DNA of 63,798 nt, filler included, from Folioceros fuciformis (lineage: Eukaryota), in the NCBI GenBank assembly GCA_049999805.1. It is 4 parts of 4 records of this genome, joined end to end, with 100 filler letters (N's around TTAATTAATTAA, not from the genome) between each part and the next. Parts side by side here need not be neighbours in the genome. Positions count along the whole stretch, not along the records: positions 9,863 to 37,520 come from JBNGIO010003075.1; positions 37,621 to 59,792 come from JBNGIO010003076.1; 2 more parts are not named here. One strand, written 5' to 3'. Made by a program: the position numbers and the translations under genes. The notes under the pieces were generated by a model. That model had not been told where the DNA came from, did no database searches, and saw nothing but the letters and a program-made list of their open reading frames with translations. Below are positions 24,920-38,149 of the stretch, piece by piece. Each line of letters starts with the position of its first letter. Within the stretch, counting starts at the first letter, position 1.

Positions 24920-25312
24920 AGGAGCTACCTTCCTCATCCGGCAGATATTTTCGTCGAAACGCGGCTTGACAGCTTCTCTCTTACGTAGGTGGCATTCCGT
25001 GAGCTGAGTCTACGCGGTTTTGCCATTCCTAGCTGACATTGACAGCTTTTCTGAACTCGGTGTCTGGATTATGGAACATTTGAGGTACGGAGAGTCCAAC
25101 CGTGTCCCTATAAGGGCAGATTCGATGAACTCAGCAACCAGAGACTGTGCGAATTTAGCTTTGGCCGTTTGTGAGCTCAAGATGAGGCACCCATGGGGTA
25201 AACAAAAGAAAATATAAAATAATTGGCTGCTATTACTCTACAGCTGATATGGTACAGCCAGCTCTGAAGATCTGGCGTCCCCCAAACTGGAAGTGAAGCG
25301 AGTCCAGTTGCT

Positions 25313-27288
25313 TCAGAAGTGCACGTGTTTCCACAAGCTGGAGTACCAGTGGTGCTTGTGTCGCGGGTGATGTAGGGCGTTCGCATGTGCATGTCCATGC
25401 CCGTGACCGTGGTGTCCATGGTGAGCTTTGTGGGCGTGGTGCTGGGAGTGATTACCATGCACAGCCGAGCTCGGAAGCATGTGGGCGTTGTGCGCGAGCT
25501 GGTTCTCTGTGCTGGGATCCGTCACCCTGCCCATGAAGAGGATAGCGTCTGTGGTGTCATCTTTGATGACGAAAAGGAAGGGATGATCCGCCACGAAGTC
25601 CACCTGCGGCTGGTGATGGCGATGGTGGTGATGCGGGTGGATGTGCATGAGGCCCAAGAGAGTGTGCGCCGCTGCCGACGTCCTCGTCTCCCCCTCGTAC
25701 ACCTCGATGAAGGCCTGGTGCAACACAGTGGAGATATGGAGCTTGAGGTCCGATCCATCTACCACGTCCGAGAAATCTGCCGCCCCCGGTAAGAAGGGCA
25801 GCACCAGACCCATGCTCTGCAGCACCTCCCGCACGTCCAGAGCCGGCAGGGAGATCTTGAAGCGCGGAAGCTTGAATTGGCCCACCTCAGTCTGGTTCAC
25901 GCACTTCATCATCTGCTGCAGCATCGTGCCGTTCAGCTTGCTCTCCAGCTTGAGCAGCCCGTACCGGGCCTCCGGCAGGATGATGTACATGGCCAGATGG
26001 CGGTCGTCCGCGTCGTCGTGGTACGGCAGCTTCAGCACCTTGCACTGGTCGAACGTCCCGATGAGCCGCTTCTTCTCGCTGGTCATCATGGGAACCTTGA
26101 CGGTGTGGCCGTTGAGCAGGTGGAAGCCATCGGGCTTGGTGTTCCACTCGTGGAACGGCTCCTTCCACCGCCCCCTGAAGTAGAGCGCGTTGGTGAGGAT
26201 GATCCCCTGGCTCTTGCTGCTGGACGGGGACCCGATACCGTGCAGCCGACTGCCTGGATGCCAGCTCGTATCCTCCCCCTGTCGATCGAGATCCACCGCA
26301 GTTCAGTCCAAAAACAACACCACCAACACTTCCAAGCTCAGTGCAGCAAGAAAGGAAAGAACACAAATCATCTCTAGGTCGTCCAATCTGCGTGCGTGCA
26401 TGATCCAGGAAAGTCCAGAGCATTAAGAAATCGCGCATCTACCTTGTCCCGGAAGTCCATGACGTGCACTTCCGTGAGGTACTTGTCCTTGAGAAGCCTG
26501 GCGAACGAGGGCTTGACAGGCACGTCTCTGTCCAGCCATAGCCCGTTGGAGAAGGCCTGGAGGGGGCCGTGAGGATGATTGTTGTGCAGGTGGTGGCCGT
26601 TATGATTGTCGTGGCCGTGATGTCCATGTCCGCTGTGGTGCGATGAGTGACGACGTTGCCCGGAGTGGCTATGGCTGTTGCTGCTCAGATGACCCGAGCT
26701 GTGGTTGCTGTAATACCCGTCCGGGTTCAGCGTAAGCTTCACCGGGCCCGGGCTGTGATGTGGCTGTACCTGTAACTGCTGATCACCGTGGCCAGGGCTC
26801 TGATCCGGCAGACCGCGTATATGCCCGGAGCTGTGGTTGCTGTGGTACACGTCCTTGCCATCCCTCTCAGGAAGGCCTTGCAGGTGCCCCGAGCTGTGGT
26901 TGCTGCTGCTGTTGCTGCGGGGCTGGTGATGATGATGATGGTGGTGGTGGTGGTGATTGTCGTGGGAAGTATCGTGGTGGAAGAATCCGTGCTGGTTTCC
27001 ATGCCAGTGCTCCACAAACACCGCGGCCAGCATCTCCTCCGCGAATTCATGCATGTAATCACTCGGCGGCAGGCCCAAGCTCTTTGAAAACTGCTCCCTG
27101 GTCTCTCCTCTTGCCCCGGCTGCCACCATGGCCAGCATCAGCGCAATGCTGAGCGGAGACGCGCACACGTTCTCCTCGAAGGTGTCATCGAACAGCCGCC
27201 TGTAGCAGGTTACGGTGAAGTCCGCCTGCTTGTCCACCTCCTCCCAGAACTCCGAGTCGGTATCCGATTCCGACCCAGCAGAGGACAT
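25313..27288 (-). CDS. Serpin with large histidine-rich insertions, 2 exons (intron ~26280-26442)
   Basis: ENVCASPLSIALMLAMVAAGARGET, FSNGLWLD, VMDFRDK|gt, IILTNALYFRGRWKEPF, FHLLNGHTVKVPMM, KVLKLPY, FKLPRFKIS, VLHQAFIEV and DFVADHPFLFVIK...ILFMGRVTDP (serpin signature). Confidence 0.93.
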
Positions 27289-27846
27289 GGCTTCCAGCAG
27301 AAGCAAAGGAAGCAGCAACGTTGCTGCTTAATGCTCTCTGAACCAAACCTGGAATTGCACACAGTCGGAGAAGCCTGCAGCCGTCCGCGCTCAGTCTCGG
27401 TGAAAAAGGTTGAATCCACTTGCCACCGTTCGTGCGCAAGGCTCGCTGGCAGAAAGGCTGCGGCCTCGCTTTAGCTTGCCGACATGTGCAAGCCTTCAGC
27501 GTTCGTCGGGTCCCTCGTGACTCGTCTCCACCCGCTTGCTTTATTAAGCATCGTTAACCTCCCCGCAGCCTCCCTGCACATTGTTCGTGTCCTGTTGTTG
27601 CCGTGGAAGTTGGTTTGGTGTCAAATCACCGAAACCCAGGGCGTGGATTGGAGCAAGCGGGTCCCTAAATTTGTCTCTGAGGCGTCTACTTCAGATAAGA
27701 TGGAGGCAATTTGAGGAGGCTTGCGGCGACAGTCGAAGATCGCGAATCCTCTCCACTTGTCAGGTGACAGAGGGATTGACGACTGGCATTGATGCATTGC
27801 TGAAAATAATGGTGTCACAGACCAACTGATGACCTGACACCTAATC

Positions 27847-30800
27847 CTAAAACGCTGAGAACTCCGAGCTCGTAGGCCTTGACTCTTCACTTGGGCCGCC
27901 GGCCAGCAAGTGGGAAGCGTTCTGGTTGGTTTCCTTCAGTTGCATCTGGTACAGGTAACCCGGGACGCAGGTTCTGCCATAGTTGGACACAAGTGCTTCC
28001 CTCACTATAGTGGCAGCTCCGGTCTCGAAGAGGTCGAACACCCGGATGGGAGTTTCCTTTGGTCCTGTAGCTTCAGCGTCCTCCTCATCATCCTTCGAAT
28101 TCTGTGAACTTTCAGGAGACGCAGACACCTCTGCACAGACAGCACACGCCTCCATGCATGAGTTCAGACGGTCTGGATTCATGCAAGCTTGCTTGGCAGG
28201 ACAGCAGAAGGTGAAAAGTGGCGTTAACGTTGTTGGACCTTCTGCCTGCTTCTTGTTGCTTCTTGGATATGCTTGACTGCAGGCATCTAAGAACTCTTGG
28301 ACTGTGATGGCGGTTTGCTCACTGAACTCGGATATCCGGTTGTCAGTGCTCGCCAGGCTCTCTGTGCAGGTTTCTAGGTGGGACAGGAACTCGCGGATGG
28401 CGAAGTTGGTGTGGTCGCTGAATTCACTGATGTCTGACGCCCTGCTGTGGATCTCGAAGGGCTTGAGTAAGTCAGATTCGTCTCGCACGTACTTCACCTC
28501 CGCTGGTGGTGTCTGGGCACTGATTTCTGAACCCCGAACCGCCTCCCTGCTGCCTCCGCAGTCACCTTCTGCTGCACGAACCGGCACAACCAGGCCTTTT
28601 TCGTGGCGGATATCGGCAAGCAGTTCCTGCCAACGTTAAGGTTGCCCACATGCGTTAAGGTTGCCCACATAGACCGACATTCGACGTGCAGTGATCGACA
28701 TGAAACTAAGAACCCTGAGCTACTTACAATCAGCTCCTCTTGGCTCCAAGTTGCACAACCCGCTGCTGCTGCTGCCTCCACTCCATACGGGTAAAGTGCT
28801 TCCAAAAGCATCTCTGCTGTTATGTCTGGAGGTTCAGATGCAACTCTGCCATTGGGCAAGGCAAAGGCACTGTCAGCGTCAGTGAGTTTTTGCTCAACAC
28901 ATGGATGTTGACCAACACTATCATCAGATAGTGCAGACTGAGAAAGTCGCGAGGAAAATGTCAGATGGTGTGCATGCGGAGAGGCATACTCTTGGCTTGA
29001 GAGCACTGAGAAAGCCTTCAGCAGAGCTATCCGTCTGTCGACATCTCTGCACAGGAACAGTAACAACCTCTGCCAAGGAACACCTGGTTTCCCACCGTCA
29101 AGCATCGTGTGTACCACCTTTTTCAAGTGGGCGCCAATTCTTTCACTTCCTCCTTTCTCCTCTGCAAACAACTGATTCTTGTTAGGTGCCAACGAGGAGG
29201 TCTCCCGTCTGCGAAACCAACTAATCGTATGCCGTGGTTCTCCGTACCCAAGTCCAGCCACAACCGCATCTTTTGGAAGCCTTGAGAGCTAAGGCAGAAC
29301 TTGATCTTTCGCCCTCCTTCAATAACTGTGTACAGTTTCAATGTCAGGGCATGAAACACAATAGGATCACTGGCCGGGAGGAAGTGGTCTAATTTCAGCT
29401 GATTACCACCATTGCAGCTGTCAGGCCTTACAGAATGGACCAGATCCCGTTCAAAATGGGAGACTAACCTTTACGTGCTCGAGCGATGTCTTCGAGCGTA
29501 GCTCCGGAGATGCACTTATTGTAACGAGTGTCAGCCAACGTAATCAAAAGTGCTCGCCAGTCGACACGAGTGTGTTCGCCTGCCTCGGGATCGTATATTG
29601 ATTCCTGAAAGCCAAGCCGCACTACGTTCACCACCTACACCAGCGTGATTCTTGCATACCCACTTTGGCGGCACAGCAAACCTGACCTTCATAGTTGCCT
29701 CGAAGTTGTCTATCCAGACTTGGAAGGGTCCAGCAGGCCTTCGTTTTGTGCCTGGTAAGCGAGGGATAACAGTCTGCTTCAAGTCGTCTTTGACTGAGTT
29801 GTGTACAACCTCAACGCAATTCGACAGAATAGAGCGGGCTTGGCAGACAGGGAGAACGCCTGCAACAAGAACGCCGGCACGGATTAGCAGAGCCGTGTGT
29901 ATCCTTGGACAACTGCGCACCAACGTACCGGTGCAATACACAGAATGTGACCGATATCCCAAGGATGATGCATGCGAACAAAAGGCAGCCACACCCATGG
30001 GAGCTAATGTGCGGAAATCTTCCACAGCTTGTTCAAGTATTTCCATATGCCAAACAACCAAGTCTGGGGCGGGATCCAAGCCAAGGGGTGCAGGAGGAAC
30101 CTGAAATTACATGGTTACCGTAGTCAAGCAACTTCATTCTCACTGTACAAGACAAGCAAAGAGGAGGAGAAGGCTTCGTTTCCAGGTGTTGTAAAGGATC
30201 ATACCAGTATGAGATGATTCTCATCCACAGTAAACGTTTCTCCATCAAGCTTAAGTCGGTACCAGAGTGGAATGCCTTCCGCAACAGCTCGCTCTGCCAG
30301 TTCCACCACCTCTGCCACAGCTTGGCATTCCGCCTGCACAAACGATGAGAGAAACTCGTTGAGCTTTGGGTGAGTAGCAGCTTGACGGCGCACCGTGTGA
30401 TCACAGACCCCACTCACGTTATATCTGTCCATCATCCATGTTTCCATTAGTTTGGAAGTGCTCTCGATCATTGGCTGCAATTCTCCAATGTAGACACATG
30501 CTTTTCGAACTGCACAACATGCCACACCGAGGGAATGTCAGAGCATCCTTCATGTCTGGCCAAGCCTGAAGAGCTTTTCACATTAGGGAACAGAAGGTGA
30601 AGATACAAACAAACGTACCAATGAGCTCAACACGACCTCGGAAGATCTCATTTTCTCGCAGCACAGTATCTGATATTTCATCTGGCTGGTCATTCACCTT
30701 GGGGGGCTCCCTCGCATTTCCTCCCTTGATTTTCTGTTCCAGGGCCTTCAGCTCATCCTTCTTACCCTTCTTATCAGGAGCAGGGGTAGATTTGTCTTTA

Positions 30801-33800
30801 GGGCCCTTGGCATTAGAAGCGGCGGAATAGAATTGCGTTGCGGCCTTCATGATGTTCTCCCCGCTTGATACGGCTCTGTTCACAACCTGAAGACAAGCCA
30901 CGAGGCGCATGAGTGCGACCTGGGCTTGACAGAAGCTTTGAACATGCAAACATTAGACAGCTTCCTCACCGGGAAAAGATCTGGAACCGTGTACCAAAGT
31001 GCTTCTAGCCATCCAGGCAGGGGCTGCGTGGTAGATGGTAGTGGTCTAGGCGTCGCCACTTTCTCCTCTTGTTTGCCTTTTCCAGGCTGAGGCTTCTTTT
31101 GGGGAGATGCTGCCGCACCTTTCTTCGCAGGCACTTTGTCAGGCGCCGTGGTGAGATCAGCTCGAAACGCCTCCAAGTTCGTACTCCCCAGCTGCCTTGC
31201 TTGAAACTCCTGAAGGTGGCTGCAGGTTTCCAAGTACTTATCGAACTGCATTGAGCACAACAAGATGCATTTCTGTCAGCGTGTGCGGTAATACACTCCC
31301 ATTCCATGGTGCGGGTTTATGCATGTGCAGAATTCAGTGCACTTGCCTACACTTGCCTCGGCCTGTAAAAAGAAAGTGAAGAGTGATACGATTGCAGCAG
31401 TACGCTTGTCCAACCAGTCCGCAAAGCTGGAACTCCGCCAGTTTTGAGCTTCCTGACACAATTCAGGAACAGCTAAGCTGTAATTGACAGGATGCCACTC
31501 CCCATAAAAGCCGATGGTGAGACTTATGAGCAGCTAGGAGTCTGACTTGAAGGTGCGTATCGCAGATGGACTGCAATTTGGTCTTGAGCTTGTCCGACTC
31601 TATCTGCAGCTTGGGAACTATTTTTTTGTCGCTCCTTTGCTTGAAATCGATTCTGTTGTACCTCCCCTGCGGAAAGGGGAGAGTTCTGTTCATGCTCCGG
31701 TCAGCCCGGCCCCAAATTCTCCTTCTCCTACAGTGCAATTCTAATTCACGAAGCCAGAGGACTCGAGCTTGGACCTGCCTGATATTCCTCCAGAACTGTT
31801 TGCTTGTCGTCAGGTCGCTTAAGGTACTCGACAAAAGCCAACTTCACCTCCTTCATCTTGTAGCGAGTGATCGGACGCCCTCTGCGCAATTTGCTGAACA
31901 CGTCCTTGAGGGTCTGGAGATACCGCATCTCGATCGACACCCATTGGGCGTGGAACAGCTCTGCACAACTCTCAGGAGATGAGGAGTGTCCAAATCCCGC
32001 GTGAGCTTGAATTTGAACGATCCACCACTGACAACATACCTGCCAGCTGTTTCTCCATGAACGGAGGCTCCGGAGGAACAGCTTCAACTTCAGGTGGTGG
32101 CTCGGGCGCAGCTGGGCCAGGCTGACCCTGCACTACGCACGATCTATGTCATGAGAACTCCCTACGACATTATCAACGAATGCGCTTCCATGGTACGTGG
32201 CATGGGTAGCATGACACCTTCGCTTTCTTCTCCGTGACACCGTCTTTGGCCTTTCCTTTCGCAGCAGCCTTTTCCTTCTTAGCATCCTTAGGGGGAGTGG
32301 CCGTCTTGCCCTCCTTCTTGTCAGGAGCGGCGGCTTCTGCCTTTTTGGTTGCCACTTCCTTCTTGGACGTGGCCGAGGTCGCTGGTGGCGGGGTCTCGCT
32401 TTCTGCGTCCCCGTCTGGGTTCTCCAGTCTCTCAATATCCTGCTTCACCTTGTCAATTGCGGCTACAGCAGCTTCCAATGCCAGCTTTGCCTTCTGGCCG
32501 GACTGGGCAGCCTTGGTGGCTGCTTGTGATGCCGCCTCGGCGGCTGCTTCTGCGTCTGCCTTGGCCTTCAGGGCTGCTCCAGCGAGCGAAGCACCCTCAT
32601 GAGCCGCCTCCGCTGCCTTGAGGGCCTGCTCAGCAGCCTTCTGCGCCACCTGGGCTGCGGATTCGGTCTCCTGCAGGGCCTTGCTTGCCTCGGTCAGCTT
32701 CTTTCCCACCACCTGACTCGCTTCTGCTTTCACTATTTTCTGGGCGGTAGCATCCGGACCTGATTTCTCGATCAAGGCAGCAGCTTTCACCTCAGCTACT
32801 TTCACAAACAGAAGCTGTTGGGCGAGGTTCGTGGTGGTCTCTGTCGCCTTCTCCGTCTCGATCAAGGCCCGAGCCGCTGCCTCGTCTGCAGCTTTAGCCG
32901 CCTCCGCGGCAGCAGTAGCCAGTTTAGATTGAATTCGGGCATCCAGCAACGACTGCACCAAAGTGCTCGGATCTTTAGCCTCCACAACAGCGGCGACAGC
33001 TTCCTTGGGAACAGATAAGCCTGCGCATTCTCCCTTGTATTCACAATTCCCAGCTTCCCGTGCCTGGAGAGCCTGCTTTTGCTCTTCGGCACTAGTATCA
33101 GGATTCTCCACAGGGTTGGGAAGTGCTGCTGCAGGAGGAGCAGCAGGAGCAGGAGCAGGAGCAGGCTCGGCAGCCGGTGCAGCAGCCGTAGCTTTCCCCG
33201 GTTTTCCATCCGATTTATCTCCAGCTCCAGACTTGGGTCCGGCCTTGGGTGAGTCAGGCTTCTGACTTCCAGTCTTGGCATCAAGTTTGGGTGCTTTTGC
33301 AGGTGCTCCGCCCTTTCCTTGGGCTGCGCCCTTCGGGTCCTTCCCACTCTGTTTCTCTGCGATGTCTCTTACAACTACAGTGAACGGCTCGTACTTGAGC
33401 AAGAATGCATTAGCAAACCTGTGAATGAAGGCCGACAGGGGCTTCCAGACCTTCTCCCCTTCTGTTATCCTCGTTTGCACCACTGGTGCTTGTTCCACAT
33501 TTTGCAGCCGAGAAGTAATACCTCTGAGCATGGAAAGGACCCCAGTTCATTGTCACATCCATGCCCAAGCGTAGCCAAGCATCCACCGTATGCTGGAACT
33601 GGAAATGAGGTGTAGAGGTACCACTGGAATGGACAGGAGGACCTCACGTTTTATCGTCTTTAGGCGGGGGATCAAACAGGAGGTGATACTGACGGCCTGT
33701 CTTTGGGTCCACGCATTTTCCCAGTGCACGTTTGATGCCATCTTCTGGACTGATGTAAGGTAGACAAAGCAACCCATCCAACCCAGATACCACCTTCTCC

Positions 33801-36800
33801 ACAGGCTGTGGAAAGCAAACCGCGTTAGTTTGCTCCTACCCTTGAAAGCACCCAAGTACGAAGAAGCAAAAGCAGAAGCAGGAGTCTGAGGCCACATCAG
33901 CAGGAGGAGTGACTTACAACAGGAGGTGGGGGAGCAATGATGGATGCGTTTGCTGCATGCTGGGAAATGAACGAGAGATCCAACCCTGTAAGATGCTTCT
34001 CCAGTAGGTCTGCTTGAGCACAAGTCGCCGGAAAACCGTCCAGAATGAATCCCTTCTCTGCTTCCGAGTCACCTGGACCTCTCTTTTGTCCCTTTTTAGC
34101 TGACTGGGCCGTTGTTGGCTTAGATCCAGGAGGAGTTCCCCCCTTTCCTCCCTTCGCTGGCTTTGGTGGAGGTTTGGCACCACCCCCTCCTCCTTTGCCT
34201 TTCTGTTTAGGAGCGTCACCTGAACCTTTGGCGGCCTGCTTCTGGGAGAGCATTGCTGACCCCTTGACTGTTACAACAGATGTACCTCCAGTCAAACTTT
34301 TGCTCATAACAATGCCCCCCACATCGAACAAACCAAGCAGAGCATTACGGCAGTCTGTTACCGTAATGGTCCAGAGATGTGAATGTGAGAACCAGCATCT
34401 TAACCACAACCTCGTCGGGTATCTGAGCACTTCCACATCATTCATTCAGCATTCCACACTTAGGATGCGTTTTCTACGAAGCTTAGAAAAACAGGAACAT
34501 TTCAAATGCTTCATACCTGCCTTCCACTATCCAATGCATTTTGGGCAGCTAGACCCAATCTCGCCATCGGAGATAACATACGTTCCAATCGAGATACAGT
34601 GGGAGAGATTTCAGGTGCTGGATCTTCAATATTGTTCCGTTCGGAGGGCATGGGATCTCGTACCTTATTCCTTTCCATATCTTCGGCCGTGTTGTCATCG
34701 ATTTCAGCTTCCAGCGTACTTTTCTCTGATGAACTAATTCCACTAAATTACTAGTTCAAATATGGATATAGTATCATACATATTCATATCACAAACTACT
34801 AAACATGTCTGACTATTAACATAATGCTGTAATTACCATTCACTCCCATGTCGATTGCCATGGCAATCACTTTCTCGATTTCAATGATTATGAGACCAAA
34901 CTCAGTTGCTAACTTTTGGGTCAATGTTGTTTTCCCTAAACAACACAATCCTTTGTCCAATAAGATAAACTGGATAAATTTTTTGAGCAACAAGTACTTA
35001 TGAACAAACATTATCATCATAAGAACTGATATAACAACAACCTGCATAGGGATTCCCTAAGATCGCAAGTTTTACTTTAAATTCAGAAAGATTGGGCAGC
35101 TCAGATGGCGGTGGTACACAAGGAACATGTGCAATATCATGAATACAACCCAGTATTCGTCCTAGATGTGTATTTTTTCCGATGTTCAATCCCTCCCATT
35201 CTTCCTTCTCATTAATGTACTCCAAGACAAACTGCAACTCAATCATCTGAAATCAAAAATGTTTCTACTCACCTTAAACATGTTAGCTAAGTTGCATTCA
35301 CATTACATACCTCATCAGCAATCACCTCCACTTCAAGCGTGGCTTCCTCTGTAGATGTGAGAGTCAGATATTGTAGCGGACTAGGTACAACAGCACCTTT
35401 CAAGAATAAAATTTTCCAGTCATTCCACTCTGTAGTTGGCACATCACATTGAGTGCTTTCCTTGTAGGTCACAGCATTTTCAGCTAAACTTAGGATCTAC
35501 AAATCAAAACAGTATTCACTAAATTTGTACATGGTTGTGTTTGCATGTTTGCTTAAAGAGGTCTTGCAGTACAAACAGATCATCAAACGAAAAGGAAGAT
35601 GTTGATACTTGCAACAGAAGCTCAAAACAAAATCTTCTTCCATCAGCACGCTCTTGCTTCTTTTTTAACTTTTTTTCTTCCTGAGAGCAATGAATGATTT
35701 GGCGATGTAGCTCAATGTCCAAAAGAACAAGTCACCCACAAACATCGCTATCTAAATGCATGTTGAGCTTAGAGTGGATATTGAAACAAAGTAACCACAC
35801 CAATATTTTTCAAAGTAAAAAAAAAAAAACCTCTCTTAATTGACACTCTTTTTGAGTTTCTTGCCAATAATCCTCTCGCAACATCATCAGCATTTCATGA
35901 TCTCTAGCTAACACTAAATCCCATTCTTTATCGCGTTGTTCTACTATCATTTGTGTTAATAAGATCCTATGTGCAATCCACGAAAGCTCTTCTTCCTTTT
36001 CCATCCTTTTTGTCTCCTGTCTTCTAAGAGCTTCATCACTGAAGTTCCGCTCAAAATCGTCTTTCTGAGCTTCTTTTTGAGCTATTTCCTCCTCTATCGC
36101 TAATTGTTGTTGTAGTACTCGTTTCTGTAATGATCTATCGCAAACGTCTGTTAGCTACATACCATTACCGTAAACAAAATCGATGAGTAGTCAGTGAGGT
36201 AAAATCATTCTTAATTTTAACTTAACCACACAAGTGGTTTACCTTTCTCTTCATAATATCTTCTTGAAATCTTTGAGCCTCTTCTTCGGCTTTCCTCCTC
36301 TTAATGTCATCCATGTAAGCCTTTCCATCCTTTATCCAGAAGCCACCTTTCAATACATAGCTATAATCAGATGAACTACAAACAACATACATCCATTCTT
36401 TTTATCCCTATGCAAGTCAATTACAATCTATTTTCTCATTAGTTCATGCTGTTCTTTCTTTCCTTCTTTGCATACTTTGCCAACATTAAGTAACAAGTTA
36501 GCTCACTTGCACATTGCTAACAACAAGTAATAGGTAAGCTCACTTGTGCAAGACGAACTGGGTCTAGTGGTGGGCTCTCATCTTCCTGCCCTTTCTTCAG
36601 TTTCGGATCCGTCTTTTTCCCTACTTCTTTTCCCTTCTTCTCTGGTGTTGAAGCTTTCTCCTTTTTACCAGATAACTTAGTGTCCCTTTTCTTCCCATCA
36701 GGAGGGGTATCAACCCCCAACTCATAACCTTTGTTTTCAAACTCAGCAAAGTCTTTGATTGCTTGGCGTATAAGCTCTTCTTGTTGTCTCATTTGTTGCA

Positions 36801-37520
36801 TAGTATTCTGCTTTGATGCAACACAAGTCCATGAGAAAAGGTAAGTTTCCATGGTGTACTTTTCAATCCTGTCTCATCTAAAGAGCTTAGAATGTTTTGA
36901 ACAATGGACCTTGTGGGTGATGGAAACCTCCATGGAATAATCCAATTGTTGCATCTCGTGCCAATTACCCTACAGCAAATCCAGTCAAAGATTAAGATAC
37001 AAATGTTCAAAAAAAAATCTTCAAAAAAACCTCAAACATAAACCTCATTAACAGGATTAAGACCATCATCAAAAATTGTGAACCATTCTTATAGGAAATA
37101 TTTTTTGAGAATTACCCTAAGGCAATTATGAATTGCAATTGCATATTGTTCTTCCAGCCTACTTTGAAGATACCTTTCTTGAAAGGCCTGCAGAAAATAT
37201 TTGAAACAAAATTAATATCATTAATTATTTGCATGACTTTCCATCTCTATTAATCATCTTACCTCATAAATAATTCGTCTATGCTCTTGCCGTAAACGCA
37301 AGTCTTCCAATTGCTTCCTTCTATTCTCTTTCTCTGTTCGTAGTTCCTGATTTTTTTATATGGTATTATTAAATGATAAAATAAAAAGAAATAAATACTT
37401 GCTACTCCACAAGTTTTAGATTAGCAAACAAAAAAAATCAATACAAAAACAAATCAGACAAAAGGTGAAAACAAAGTGTTAAACCTGTCTTCTATGTTCA
37501 TTTTCAAATCTCTTTAAAAG
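27847..37520 (-). CDS. SPEF2: SPEF2/KPL2/CPC1-like axonemal central-pair protein, many exons, 5' end truncated by the gap
   Basis: Coiled-coil exons (35800-37500); adenylate-kinase-like KLAILGNPYAG|KTTLTQKLATEFG and KGFILDGFPATCAQADLLEKHLTG; EYLKRPDDKQ...LQSICD...WLD...FLQAE; RENEIFRGRVELI...LMETWMMDRY; DFRTLAPMG; RLLLFLC...LLKAFSVL, in SPEF2 order. The exact 3' end is uncertain. Confidence 0.8.
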
Positions 37521-37620
37521 NNNNNNNNNNNNNNNNNNNNNNNNNNNNNNNNNNNNNNNNNNNNTTAATTAATTAANNNNNNNNNNNNNNNNNNNNNNNN
37601 NNNNNNNNNNNNNNNNNNNN
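37521..37620. other. Artificial contig-joining linker
   Basis: N-run with central TTAATTAATTAA; the genes on both sides are truncated. Confidence 0.98.
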
Positions 37621-37848
<228 letters not shown>

Positions 37849-38149
37849 AGAATTTAGCGCTTGTAATCTCTCACACTCGTTCTCTTCTTTGGAGGCGCCG
37901 GTGTATTACTGCGTTTAGTTAACTCATTCTTCTGTCAATTCATCTTTAGAGGTGTCTGATCGAGGTAGCAGCCTCGTCAAGGACGCAGCCTTGACGCAGT
38001 TTAATTTTTTCCTGGATAGACCTAATATCCGCTTCCGGGATAAGTAATATCTGGAACTGATGTCAGAGACAAGGGGAAGTATGTACTAGAAGTGGATTTG
38101 TGCTTGAAGAAGGGTTGAGTAATGATGTGGTTGTTTACATCAATGTATT

